A DNA stretch of 59,546 nt from Veleropilina oligotropha. Taxonomy: Eukaryota. The stretch is taken from the NCBI GenBank assembly GCA_048128005.1, contig JBEUKZ010000066.1, positions 310,001-369,546 on the forward strand, in the 5' to 3' direction. The notes beneath the pieces are model-generated. The model was not told the DNA's origin. It did no database searches and saw only the letters and a program-made list of their open reading frames with translations. Below, piece by piece: positions 1 through 10,866 of the stretch; positions within the stretch are counted from its first letter, which is position 1, and each line of letters opens with the position of its first letter. Position numbers and translations under genes: made by a program.

Positions 1-246
1 TGTATGATGAAAGGGACATGTGCTTATCTGTAAGACTTGCTCACTGCCAATAGGCAAAGTAAGCTGTTAAGCTTAATGGTCACTCTGTGAAGCCGAGATT
101 ATCAAAATCTGATGTATTTTGAAAACTGCATGGCTTCGCCCTTGGTTTATTCCATGGGTATCTTGATTTGGCAGTATATATGGCCATTAAAAGATCAGAA
201 TGTATACAGTGTCTATTATCATTCTCCTCAATTGATCAAGGTTAGC
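1..246 (+). repeat. Dispersed repeat; diverged copy of 51412-51655
   Basis: Colinear similarity, e.g. TGTATGATGAAAGGGACAT...TGCTTATCTGTAAGACTTGCTCACTG...AAGCTGTTAAGCTTAATGGTCACTCTG...TTGGTTTATTCCATGGGTATCT at both loci. Family unknown; truncated by the window edge. Confidence 0.85.
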
Positions 247-1777
247 TTAATGCATCCCGAACAATAGTTCGGAATACACTGTAGCCTCGGTATAACGCGC
301 CTCGATATCGGTTATAACGCGAGGCAGATCATGGCTCCCAAAATTTTATACCATATATACCTACTTTCTATAAAATGAGTCGGTTTCATGATAATTTTAG
401 CAAATTAAGGAACCATTTTACAAATTGCAAAACGAAATCGATACTTTTATTAAAATTAAAATCTACCTTGATTCATCTTGATTGTAAATGATTCTTTTAA
501 GTTTATTCATACATCATTGTCTTGTTAGCTTAATCCCTTTACACACGGAAACAATGGAAAGTAAGTTTGTTGACTCTGTAACATGGCCGACGACTTGGGT
601 CTACGGTCGCTTAGGACAATGACAAATTTACTTGCTAATAAATATTTTATTACACTTGTTGTTTTGTAAACAAATATGAAATAAACATTGATGTTTTAAG
701 CGTTGTATGATCAAGTTTCTTTTATGGATATGATTTACGATTAGTAAATCAAATGAATGAATACACGAAGTCACGGTTTGGGTGCCATCTTGACCTACTT
801 TGAAACTGCATGTAAACAAACCCACGTGCTACATGTGCGCGTATGGAAGAACAGTCAGAAGGAGAATGTTTATGATTGATGTCGGTGTGTTATAACATAT
901 TTTATCGATATTCTACTTAGTTTTACTTTGGTAAGTTGTTTTGTGATCGTATTTAACGGTTTTCACGGAAATATTCATAACGACACAATAATAGTTAGAC
1001 CCAGAACCTGTCTGTTAAGTCGGCAAGAAAAGTTATCTGGATAAGATTTCACATGTAATTAGAAAAACCTCACTATGTACACCTTATGTTCCTGGATACA
1101 GGGTGAACTGTGGCATCACAGAAGCATAGTTATATAATTGTGGTCATGCACAGAACCCGGAGCTTACCGGTTACCACGTCCACAGGTCAGAACGTCCACA
1201 GTCCAAGTCAAAACGTCCACAGGCCAGGTTAAAACGCCCACATAGCCTGGTTAAAACGTCCACATGTCAAAATCATGACTAAACGTCCTCTAATAAATGG
1301 TGTTTTATAATTGATAGTTTGTGAATAACAAATAGAAATGATAATAAATGTCAATGCTGATAAAATAGCCTAGTCGTAACTCAGTTTTATGTCGGCATGC
1401 GATGCAATCAATTCGGTTCAAATCCAAATCCCTCTCTTATCATTGTTACTATATCATATTTATGCATATAGTAAACTAACAAAAGGATAATCCTTTACCT
1501 ACCTTATTATATGAAATATTTTAATTATATTTCCAGGAGAATTTTATCACTACCGACAAAGAAAGAGATGTCCCGAGAGTAGACATATTGCCCAACAGCT
1601 GTGCAGATAAATATACACATACCAAATGTGAATATTGAAATTATTTGTAATGTTGAGAAATAAAATATGACTATTACCCGTATTACGATTATTCGTTGGC
1701 ATAGATGTGAATAGTGAATTAAGTGAATAGGTGGCGTATACCAGTCATTGTCGCGAATAGAATCTCCAGTGAAGAAC

Positions 1778-1898
1778 GGCTACGGCCCAACAGCGTTGAA
1801 CGCACCGGTTCTCACAGATCACCGAATTTAAGCAACGTTGTGCCCGGTCAGTATTTGGATGGGTGACCGTTATCGAATCCTGACTAGGTACCGTAGAC
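1778..1898 (+). pseudogene. 5S rRNA-derived sequence (SINE head, not a functional 5S gene)
   Basis: GGCTACGGCC...CACCGGTTCTC...GATCACCGAATTTAAGCAACGT...GTATTTGGATGGGTGACCG...GTAGAC follows the metazoan 5S consensus with many substitutions. No oligo-T Pol III terminator follows. Confidence 0.85.
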
Positions 1899-1990
1899 AA
1901 AACCGCCCGTTCCGATATAGACGTTAAACCGGGGGTCCCGACTATGATATGACTAAAAAACGAGTGTTAAATGTAGTCGTAAAACTAACT
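1778..1990 (+). mobile_element. SINE3-type element: 5S head plus Deu/Nin-like body
   Basis: 5S head runs directly into TCCGATATAGACGTTAAACCGGGGGTCCCGACT, resembling the Deu/Nin SINE central domain. The same body occurs at ~6250-6340 and ~58035-58110. Confidence 0.7.
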
Positions 1991-4900
1991 CCAGTATTGC
2001 AAGTCCTGTGTTGCCAAAACTGGCACCCATCACACATCAATCCTTCTTGGCGCTCTCGTACTGTTTTCCGACATAATATACATAATTCTCGATTATCAGA
2101 CATTATTGTTGGTCGTAGTATATATCCGTATTGCTGTAAAGATCAGGGTGTTATGGATATATTCCAGAAGCAATTGATATATTATCACTTCCAATCAAAT
2201 GTTGATTTGACATCATCATGACCACTGTTCACTCAAGTGCATCACTTGGTGTACGGCACGACGATAAATACTATTCAGCTTATTAAATAATTACACCCTT
2301 TCTTTAATGATCGGCATCTAGAGTAACAACTATTCACTGGAAATCATATTTTCTGGGTCATAAATAAATATTGTTTAAATCAATTCAAACCAATCACTGT
2401 CATGAACAGAGTTTTAAAGCAATTTTTTCTAAATAATTTTTGATATTGTGTGCTTCATCAAATTTATTATGTACAGGATAATTATATATTTTGGACACAA
2501 ATATTTATTAAATAATTTTTATTAGACAAAAATACAACAACAGAATAAAACAGCAAGATATATTTTAAATATAAAAATTAGTTTACTTAATATCAGGCAA
2601 GTACAACTATCTTGTGTTTTGTGTATTCATTATGCGGTAACTTTTGGAATAACTTCATACGAACTTGATAATGCGGCAACAAATATCCTGAAATGAAAAA
2701 AAGCATTTGGTTTAAACAAAATTAATTTTCCGTGTAGGAGTTTTTTTTCTTCATGTTTCCTCCTATTAATGATAATTATACGGCGATTACCCTTATTGTG
2801 GACGTTTTGACTATGGCCTGTGGACGTTTTGACTGTGGACGTTTTAGCCTGTGGACGTTTTGACTGTGGACGTTTTAACCTGTGGACGTTTTGAATGGTC
2901 ACCAACCCGGAATGGTGGATGTGCACGCTGATCTGGGTCTACATTGGTTGCATTAATTATTTAAGATATATATGCAACAAAGTTAAATTCTTAATTATAT
3001 TGCTGCTCTAATAGCACAGCACGATAACTGGTAACAAGTAAGATATATATATATATAATGTATACTGATATTGACTTTATTGTCCCTCCCCAGGGGCCTG
3101 GGGTGGTAGGTGTCCAGCTAGTGACAGTGTGTTTACTGTTTAACAGCAACATTGAACAAATGCCACAGAAAAAACAGCATCTGCTCGGTTTCATGTGGAT
3201 CTATGGCTGAAACAAGCACATTACATTGACAAACTAAATGCAGCGAGTGAAGAATCTGTAATTGTCAGCTGATTGTGTCAATTGTCTAAAATATAACGTT
3301 ACCACACCCACCAATCTCTTAAGTTTTTCATTTGATTATTTCCCGAAGTTTTGTACAAAGTCGGGTTAAGTAGGACATGAAATGATGGGACTCGTCATAT
3401 ATCAAGTTATTTATACAATGTAGCATCATAAATAGTGTCTACATGTCGATTAATCTGCAGAAATAAGCGTATTAATTATAGCACACTTGCATACATTTTC
3501 AATACGGCGTGGGTCTGTTTACATGCAGTCTCGTTTTCGCGTAAGTGATTCAAGATGGCCGACCTCCATATATGGCAAACCGTGACTTCGTGTATGATAT
3601 CACGTGATTGAAAATTTCGCTTAGAACAAAGACAAACTGTTAACGATTAGTAAATCACATTACTGAATGATATCACGTGATGGAAAATTTATTGTATTCC
3701 CGTTGTAAATGACATCTACATGTATATTAATTACAAATATCATTACATTATTTTAATTTCGCTTATTTTTTAAATGCAATGCCCTCCGCATTTTACATAT
3801 TTGTCGGCAGCTCATTTATAACGCAACGACCTCTGAACTCCATGGATAAACAAAACAACACCCCAAAGATTTCACACGCACGTGATATTCCTAGTCACAG
3901 AAGAGCGAGCGGCTATTGATCAGTGCAAAACAAAAGAAACGATTAAATGCACTTGCAGCTTAATTGGGTTACTATGAACATGAACTACATTTCACCACCG
4001 TATAATACGCTATGAACACAACAGACAACAAAGCTTTTATTGCAGATTTAAATTAAAACATGTTGAAACAATCGGAGTTACATTTATAAAATTTCCCCGT
4101 CAGACAGGTAAATATATATAAACTATATATATATATATATATAACATTTCAAAATAGCTATAATAAATGTTATATTTCCTGCATTCATCATTTTATTTAT
4201 TTTCCTCTCATATACACATTACAATGACATTAGCATATTCATGACAGCTTTTCAATAGACAATATTCGTATACCGCGGATCGGTTATAACGCGGTGCGTG
4301 TCCACTTGGACCCCAATACCCGCGTTATACCGAGGCTACAGTGTACTGTAGTCGATTCATCGTTTAGTCATTTAGATTTCTTGTGCGCACAGTACAGTCA
4401 ACAGTTCTGAACAGATTTCATTCAAATTTGATATGCGCATTTATGAAGTTTGATGAGGAAACGATGCTGAGTGTTTACATAAAGTTTCTTTGATCAATGA
4501 TGTTTGTCGCTTTCCTCTTTTCACAATTTTTATCGTGTTGGTGATCGCTAAAGCGGGGCCTCCGTGATGGTGTTCCATCACTTTTTATCTAGTTTATAAT
4601 AATCTATTAATTCTTTGCTTTGATTTAAAGCTTTCACAACCTGTTAGGTTCCGTGTGCTTACAAATCCGACTGCATCCTCTGGCTGCCGGCCTATAGGCC
4701 CGGAGTTCCATTTGGCTGCCACTGGTCCATGACACGTAAGACCTACAGGGATTCATCCTTCCGGCCGTGCCTGGGGCTGATTGCACTTCCGTTCACCTCG
4801 TCCGACTAACACCACGGCGTATTCTCCCGGTAACACTGGTCGAAATTCTCGCTTGGTAAGAGTAGAATATAATACTCAGTAAAATTCCACTCTAGGCGGA

Positions 4901-5001
4901 CACAATCGACGCTTCATGCTGATTGAAAGGGTGAAAAGTAAGTCATTATCTTGTTTGGGTTTGTTGTAAGGAACGTCTTACCCACCTATCCAAGGTTATT
5001 C

Positions 5002-5398
5002 TGGCAAGAGTAAGGACGTAAGTATGTTTGTAACTACATATGAGGTTTTAATGTAAACCTAATATTAGTATAAAACATACTTATGTCCTTACCACGGTTA
5101 CCCACCCTGCGTTTCGCATTCCTCCCCTCTACTACGTTCCTTTGGGGTTTTTGGAACTTTGAATTGAGGTCTTGTGACTTCGATGGTTCGGAAGTCGCGC
5201 GAGACTTGGCGAGATCTCGCTGGGGGAACGTAGGAGAGGGGAAGCAGGGGAGGTAATCGTGGTACGTTTTGACTTATAAATAGTGCATAATGTGACTTAT
5301 TCACTGTTTCCGGTTAGCGATAATATTACTATTATGGCAAGAGTAAGGACGTAAGTATGTTTTATACTAATATTAGGTTTACATTAAAACCTCATTTT
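5002..5398 (+). mobile_element. Probable terminal remnant of a DIRS-type tyrosine-recombinase retrotransposon
   Basis: 53-bp inverted repeat with 1 mismatch (5040-5092 / 5343-5395) interleaved with a 28-bp direct repeat (5002-5029 / 5335-5362), ending in TTT. This matches the internal-complementary-region plus terminal-repeat layout. The GC-richer 4640-5000 may belong to it. No recognisable ORF. Confidence 0.55.
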
Positions 5399-5710
5399 CA
5401 ATATACAATATTGTATGCATAAAAAACCCTCGTTACAAGATTATAACTTTTTTGTGAATTTATGTTCATATCCTTTTAATATTGGTTATGTCATGTATAT
5501 ATATAATGGATAATGTTTCTTTCACTGTATGAAGAAGTGATAAATCATTTTTCAAAGATCTCTGTTACAATCCAAAGCGAGTATCAGAATTTATAGTATC
5601 AAAATTTAAATTTAAATGTTTGTTATGTATTGCCTGCTACAATGGTATTGTGTTGCGATGCTGATTTCCAGATTGTATGTAGCAATGTAAGACATTATTA
5701 TGGTTTTCAG

Positions 5711-5785
5711 GTGTCAGGAAAAAAACAGAACAAAAAATTTGACAGTTCACCGGGAGCAACCAACAATGACCCTCCTGACAGTTGA
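5711..5785 (+). CDS. Possible terminal coding exon of an unidentified upstream gene
   Basis: Acceptor TTTTCAG|G at 5710, open phase-0 frame VSGKKQNKKFDSSPGATNNDPPDS-stop, AATAAA at 5855-5860. No homology recognised. Confidence 0.25.
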   Translation: MSGKKQNKKFDSSPGATNNDPPDS

Positions 5786-5990
5786 TCCGGTTCGGCCATA
5801 GGCAGCATATTTATTGTTGTGATGTCAGTTGTCTAGAGTCTTGCCAATTCTGTGAATAAAAATTGGGTTATACTTTCCCCTGCAGACACTAGATTGCGTT
5901 TTAATGTTATGCTTAGCCTGATATCCGTGGTAGGACTGGTGATACTTTATGCGCTCTTGGTACTTGTCAATTTTCTAGTTATCCCGAACT

Positions 5991-6340
5991 GTTCTCGATA
6001 GCTCAACTGATAGAGCGTCGAAAAAAATGTTAAGTGGGATGGTATAGGATGTGGGTTCGACTCCCGCTCCGGTGTGGCTTATTCTATTGCTTAAAACTTA
6101 AGGGCTATTCCAGTAAAATATCTACCCCCCCGCCCCCCCCCCCCGACTCCAGATTTTTGAAAAGGGGACCACCAACAGAGTCAGGGGGTGGGTGAGATAT
6201 TTTATTGGAATAGCCCTAATAGAAGAGGTGGCTTAAAAATCCTGTTACCCGTCGTTCAAAGGGAGATGCTAAACCGAGGTTCTGACTACAGATATGACTG
6301 AAAAATTGTCAAAATGGGCCGTAACATTAGACTGATCCAC
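5991..6340 (+). mobile_element. tRNA-headed SINE with Deu/Nin-like body, interrupted by a MITE
   Basis: A-box-like TAGCTCAACTGATAGAGCG, B-box GGTTCGACTCC (6054-6064), body TAAACCGAGGTTCTGACTACAGATATGACTGAAAAATTGTCAAAA shared with the copy at 57886. Confidence 0.7.
6102..6216. mobile_element. Tourist-like (PIF/Harbinger) MITE
   Basis: 22-bp TIR GGGCTATTCCA(G/A)TAAAATATCT and TAA TSD (6099-6101, 6217-6219). The sister SINE near 57985-58000 shows the empty site (GCTTAAAATAATAGAA). Confidence 0.9.
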
Positions 6341-6784
6341 CTCGCCTTACCTTGTTATCTCATCTTGCCATTGTCACCATTGAAGATATTTTCTCAAGAA
6401 CCATCAAACAGTCAGAATGAACAATTGTAATGAAGCACGATAAATGAAACAATTGCAATGAATGGTGGTATACTGTAAAATGCTGATTGGGCAAATTTTC
6501 AGGCCTTTAATGAAATATATTTGGCGATGGTAACATTTTGTCTCAATATAAGATACATGTATTCATTTTGTTCTATATGAAACATGCATGTACAGGTAGT
6601 ACTCTCTGTTCAAGAATGTGTTTCCTTGGTGCCATATGTTCTAGTTGTTTTGCTTCCATTCTTACTGGATCATGTTGCTAATTAATTTTGTAATATTTTG
6701 TGGAAAATATTTATATATATTTTATTACTAGTTATATGTTCAACACATACTGGTATTAGACTGCCAAATCAAGTTTATAACATA

Positions 6785-7466
6785 CCGGTTCAGATCACAC
6801 TCTCCCACTAAGTGAGTGTGGAGTTACGAGTGGCAGCGAGTGAACTCACCGGCAAGTGGGAGCGAGTAGAGAATACTCGCATGCGCTGCGAGTGATCTTT
6901 CCCACTATGCGAGTGACAGCTAATAACTTTGCGAGTTTACTGGATATCGCGCTATATGTGACAATACCCAAAAGCAGATATTGAATTTGTACAGGGATAA
7001 TAATAAAGCACTGTACACAAAATATACTTGTTACTGACTCCCATATTGCCTTGTATTTCTCTTCACATAGTCTGTCCGTTTTTGTCTTGTTATGGTACAA
7101 AATCTCATTTTCTTTGAACCACCGCACAATTAACGTCCTCGATCCTTTTGCTCTAAGCTAAGTTGATCGCGCTCTCAGTTGCGTGTCTCCGTTTTCTGTT
7201 CTTCTCTGCCGTTAGGCCTATACAACTAATTACAATTTTATTTCTTGTGGATGATGAAAATTCACTTGCTGGATTTGCAGAGAGAGATTTGTGTTCTCAC
7301 ACAAGTGAGTGACCTTGCGAGTACTTGCGAAGCTCGCAACATTTTGAACATGTCCAAAACCTTGCGAGTACTTGTAGCAGTTGCGAGTAATCCCTCTACC
7401 ACTACTCAAGTTCCTGACACTCGCAATGCCGAACTCGCATAGTGAGAGAGCAACATTGAGCCCAGT
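6785..7466. mobile_element. Degenerate TIR element with GCGAGT/ACTCGC-rich ends
   Basis: Left CTCTCCCACTAAGTGAGT...TTACGAGTGGCAG resembles the reverse complement of the right end (CTCTCTCACTATGCGAGT...TTGCGAGTGTCAG). No clear TSD. Confidence 0.45.
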
Positions 7467-8044
7467 GCTTTGATGAGTGACAATGCCACGAATACTGGCT
7501 ATGAGTTTCAGAATACATATCTGACTAGATGGAATGTTAAACTGGGGGTAATGATGGCAATATGATGGTGTGATGGGGTTTCAGGCCCGCTTCCACCTCT
7601 GGCATGTTAGCAGGCCAGTTCCTACAGGAGCCACCAGTGACAAAAATAGGCGCACAATAACAGTGTAGTGGACTTCTCATACCAGTGCTACACTGTTAAA
7701 TTTATATAAATTACATATTTATGTTAACTTGAATAACCGTTAACATTTACTATAATTCAAATATCAAACACACATAAAGTAGATTTAATTTTAGACTTTT
7801 TATTTATAATATTGTTTATCAACTTGTGAATAAAGAGTTATGTCCCCTGTATGACCTTGAGTGAGATCATTAAAGATATTTGCGGCAAAACTCTATATAT
7901 TCGCATTATGGCACCAAGGCGGAGCAGTGAGGGCATGCCTCTGAATCTATTCACATGAATTGCATGCACTTATTTTGGAAGAAGCTGTTTCAACCACTGT
8001 TTAAGCATAGCCTGCATGGCGAAGAAATAAAGGAACACAATAAT

Positions 8045-8532
8045 AACAAGCGCATCCGAGAGGAAGCATAGTTGAGCCGCAGTGCCCACTCTCAATAAAC
8101 TTAATTTTATCTTTCTAGGTTGACCGAGTCCAGAGATATGTCGGTTTATGTATTTTACATTTATTTGACTTTGGTGACCTTGACCTTTGACCTCATAAAT
8201 CAATCAGTAGTTAGATATCCACTCATATATCATATATATGAAGTTTCGTGGCTCTGTTTTGAATTGACCATGTTATGCCATGTAAAGTCATCGTGGACAT
8301 ACACCACACAGACCGCCTCAATACAATAGTTTCTCCGTAAACGGGACCTTGACCTTTGACCTCATAAATCAATCAGTAGTTAGATATCCACTCATATATC
8401 ATATATATGAAGTTTCGAGGCTATATGTTTTGAATTGACCATGTTATGCCATGTAAAGTCATCGTGGACATACACCACAGACACACAAACAGCCTCAATA
8501 CAATAGTTTCTCCGTAAACCGCTCAACTAATT
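8045..8532. mobile_element. Helentron-associated (HINE/DINE-1/pearl-like) non-autonomous element
   Basis: AACAAG end, subterminal inverted repeat TAGTTGAGC (8069-8077) / GCTCAACTA (8521-8529), two ~169-bp tandem core units starting GACCTTGACCTTTGACC (8176, 8345), ACACAGAC microsatellite. Confidence 0.7.
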
Positions 8533-9139
8533 ATTATGTTTGTGACTGAAATTATGTCACTGCCATGACAAATGTGTAGGTTTTGGCAATTCCGTTTCTT
8601 GAGGACTGTAATAAGCTAAGATTTTAATCGCCATGAAATTTAAATAAAAAAAATTGAGTTGTTGAGGGGTCAGCATCTATTAAAACATAGGTCTTTGACA
8701 GGATCGGAAGTTTGGCAGGAATAAAAAAGAATAGATAAGTAAACAAAAGTTGTGGTTAAAAAAAGAAGAACATATTGTCTTGAATGTTAAAGCCACAAAG
8801 TGATATTTCGATGTGGTCACAGAACCAATTCCTAGCCTAAAGACTGACTAGTTCAATTGATTGCTCCTGTATCTCTCCGAGAGTCCTCTATGATGCAGAG
8901 GATAAGAGTGTGGATCCCAATACACTCGCATGATTAACAAGAGTAGGATCGAATCTTCAGCTGGGCACCTTGTTCAGTTAACGATCACAGTTGTCCATAA
9001 CTGAACATTGCTGGTGGTTGTCATGATATAGCACTAAGATGTCAAAATGGGATATTGACTATCGATCTCAGCTCAACATCTGTCAAATAAGATTTGGGAT
9101 ACTTAAGTTTAGATGCATTCTTCAAATATGACTTGATTT

Positions 9140-9410
9140 CATTTGAATGGTTAGTATTACCACCAGGTTTGTCAATTTTTCCATCGTGTCTGATCACACA
9201 TTTCATCTAAAGCACCGGTCATTTTTCGGCAAGATCACATCACCAATCCAATTAAAATACGCCCAGAATATGCAGTTTACATTGAAAGGAAATCAGACGT
9301 GGACCTCGTAATTCTTGATGGAGCAGCCATCATAAACAACCAATATTCCCAAAGAAGTATCCTTTCAAAAATATGATGGTGCGATATTCATGAATCAGAT
9401 GGTTAGCTGA
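9140..9410 (+). pseudogene. Decayed fragment resembling the XPG-like nuclease N-region of Academ transposons
   Basis: Frameshifted translation gives LPPGLS ... VDLVILDGAAIIN ... SFQKYDGAIF, resembling a remembered PPxLS / ILDGAA / TFxxY motif series. Confidence 0.35.
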
Positions 9411-10392
9411 ATAATTGACCAATGAAATGATTGACCACTGTGTGCATGCAAATATACCAACAACCCCGTGCTGTAATACTTATCAATGTCGTGGGGAAAA
9501 TACGTTACTGAAATGTTCCCCATACGGATTTTCTTCATCACAGGAATGGGTCCGAATCTTCGGTTTTGATATTGTGGAGCTTTCTGTTAGTATAGAAGTC
9601 ACATTGGTTCATAACTGATCTAGGTGAGCTCGTTTGCTCTTTTTCTGCGAAAATAATATGAACATGTCAGGGTATCACCCTAGTGGATGTTCAGTTTCAA
9701 TCCAAACCAGACCAGACTAAACGACGACGGTACCTATTCCCCGATTGAAGTTGGGTTGTTTGAGGAATATTCTTTGAGTATTCCTTAGTTTACTTGTGGC
9801 AAACCTAGACCGTTTGAGTGCTGTGGAACTCCTCTGATTGTTTCTTGAAAATGTAATTTGTCTGTCGCGTGTATCTAGTGAAATGGCAGAATGCGGCATA
9901 ATGAATAGCTAGTGCTGAGTGGTATGACTGAACAGGCCAATTCAACTTTAATGTTGAAATTGCATTATAAAAGCACTCGTATTAAAGCAATTTAAGTAAT
10001 TAGTTGTCTGGTCATCTATAACTTCCTTTGCCTCTTAAAATGTTCATGAGAATTTTAAATTGATTTACGGATGTTGATTCTACTACTGATTACCAGGAAG
10101 AGTATTCATCGACAACCTGATTTGAGAAAAAGGCGTTTTCTAACTGTCAACATAACCCGCACCACTTCTGAGCATCTTTATATATTTTATGACTAAAGAT
10201 ACAATTTGAAAGTAAGTATTTGTAAATGTTCGACAATGATAGGATAGATAAGGAATGTGAGAATGATGATATGTGGTTGTATTGGTCGGAGAGAAAGATA
10301 AGAAGTCCAAGGAACCGGACGAGAGTAGCAAGGATGAAGTGGGAGATAGGAAGAAGTGGACAAGAAAGGAAAAGGAATTAAACGATCGATGC

Positions 10393-10625
10393 ATAATATC
10401 CTGTATATTTACAACCATTAAGTTCAAAACAGGACATGTCCATATTATCGCGGGAGGATAGCCCGGGGACATACCCTCTCCGACCAGATACGGACAACTG
10501 TGACTCATAACTTGAACAAAATTAATAATGTCATGTCTCAACCGAGGTTCGAACCCAGTACTGTTCGTGTCAGCGAGTGATTTTTCAGAGTCCACAACAG
10601 AAACTACATGACTGTCGGTGCGGCC
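10393..10625 (-). mobile_element. tRNA-derived SINE (V-domain-like family, the most abundant SINE here)
   Basis: Minus strand: GGCCGCACCGAC head, B-box GGTTCGAACC, body CAGTTGTCCGTA...CCTCCCGCGATAATATGGACATGTCCTG shared with several other copies. Confidence 0.8.
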
Positions 10626-10698
10626 GAGAGGTGAGTTGTATAGGTTAAAGGCAGTGAAGCCCACCGTTTTTAACTTTTTATCTTGTAAATAATTTATG

Positions 10699-10866
10699 CG
10701 CACCCGATCATCATGGCAGAATAATACGCACCCGATCATCATAGCAGAATAATACGCACCCGATCATCATGGCAGAATAATACGCACCCGATCATCATGG
10801 CAGAATAATACGCACCCGATCATCATGGCAGAATAATACGCACCCGATCATCATGGCAGAATAATA
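10699..10866. repeat. Minisatellite, 6 x 28 bp
   Basis: Unit CGCACCCGATCATCATGGCAGAATAATA at 10699, 10727, 10755, 10783, 10811, 10839; one substitution; no spacers. Confidence 0.95.

Larger units (their letters stand above)
1162..2903. mobile_element. Non-autonomous TIR transposon with tandem subterminal repeats (MULE/foldback-like)
   Basis: 8-bp TSD AACCCGGA (1154-1161, 2904-2911). Imperfect TIRs built of AAAACGTCCACAG repeats (1175-1290) inverted against CTGTGGACGTTTT repeats (2797-2893). Superfamily is inferred. Confidence 0.8.
277..4343. mobile_element. Non-autonomous Tc1/mariner-superfamily (pogo/Tigger-like) element with nested insertions
   Basis: Perfect 23-bp TIRs CACTGTAGCCTCGGTATAACGCG (277-299 / 4321-4343) flanked by TA (275-276, 4344-4345). 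Subterminal TATAACGCG motifs at both ends. No transposase ORF. Confidence 0.9.

Noticed and set aside
1778..1898. Functional 5S rRNA gene
   Set aside because: Diverged 3' part, no oligo-T terminator, fused to a SINE body, single copy inside a transposon.
5991..6075. tRNA gene (also heads at 22811, 50382, 57886)
   Set aside because: A/B boxes only; no convincing cloverleaf; each continues into a repeated SINE body.
10140..10742. 200-aa ORF
   Set aside because: Runs through minisatellite, SINE and low-complexity DNA; no protein motif.
10699..10866. CRISPR-like array (28-bp repeats)
   Set aside because: Units are contiguous with no spacers, there are no cas genes, and the context is eukaryotic.
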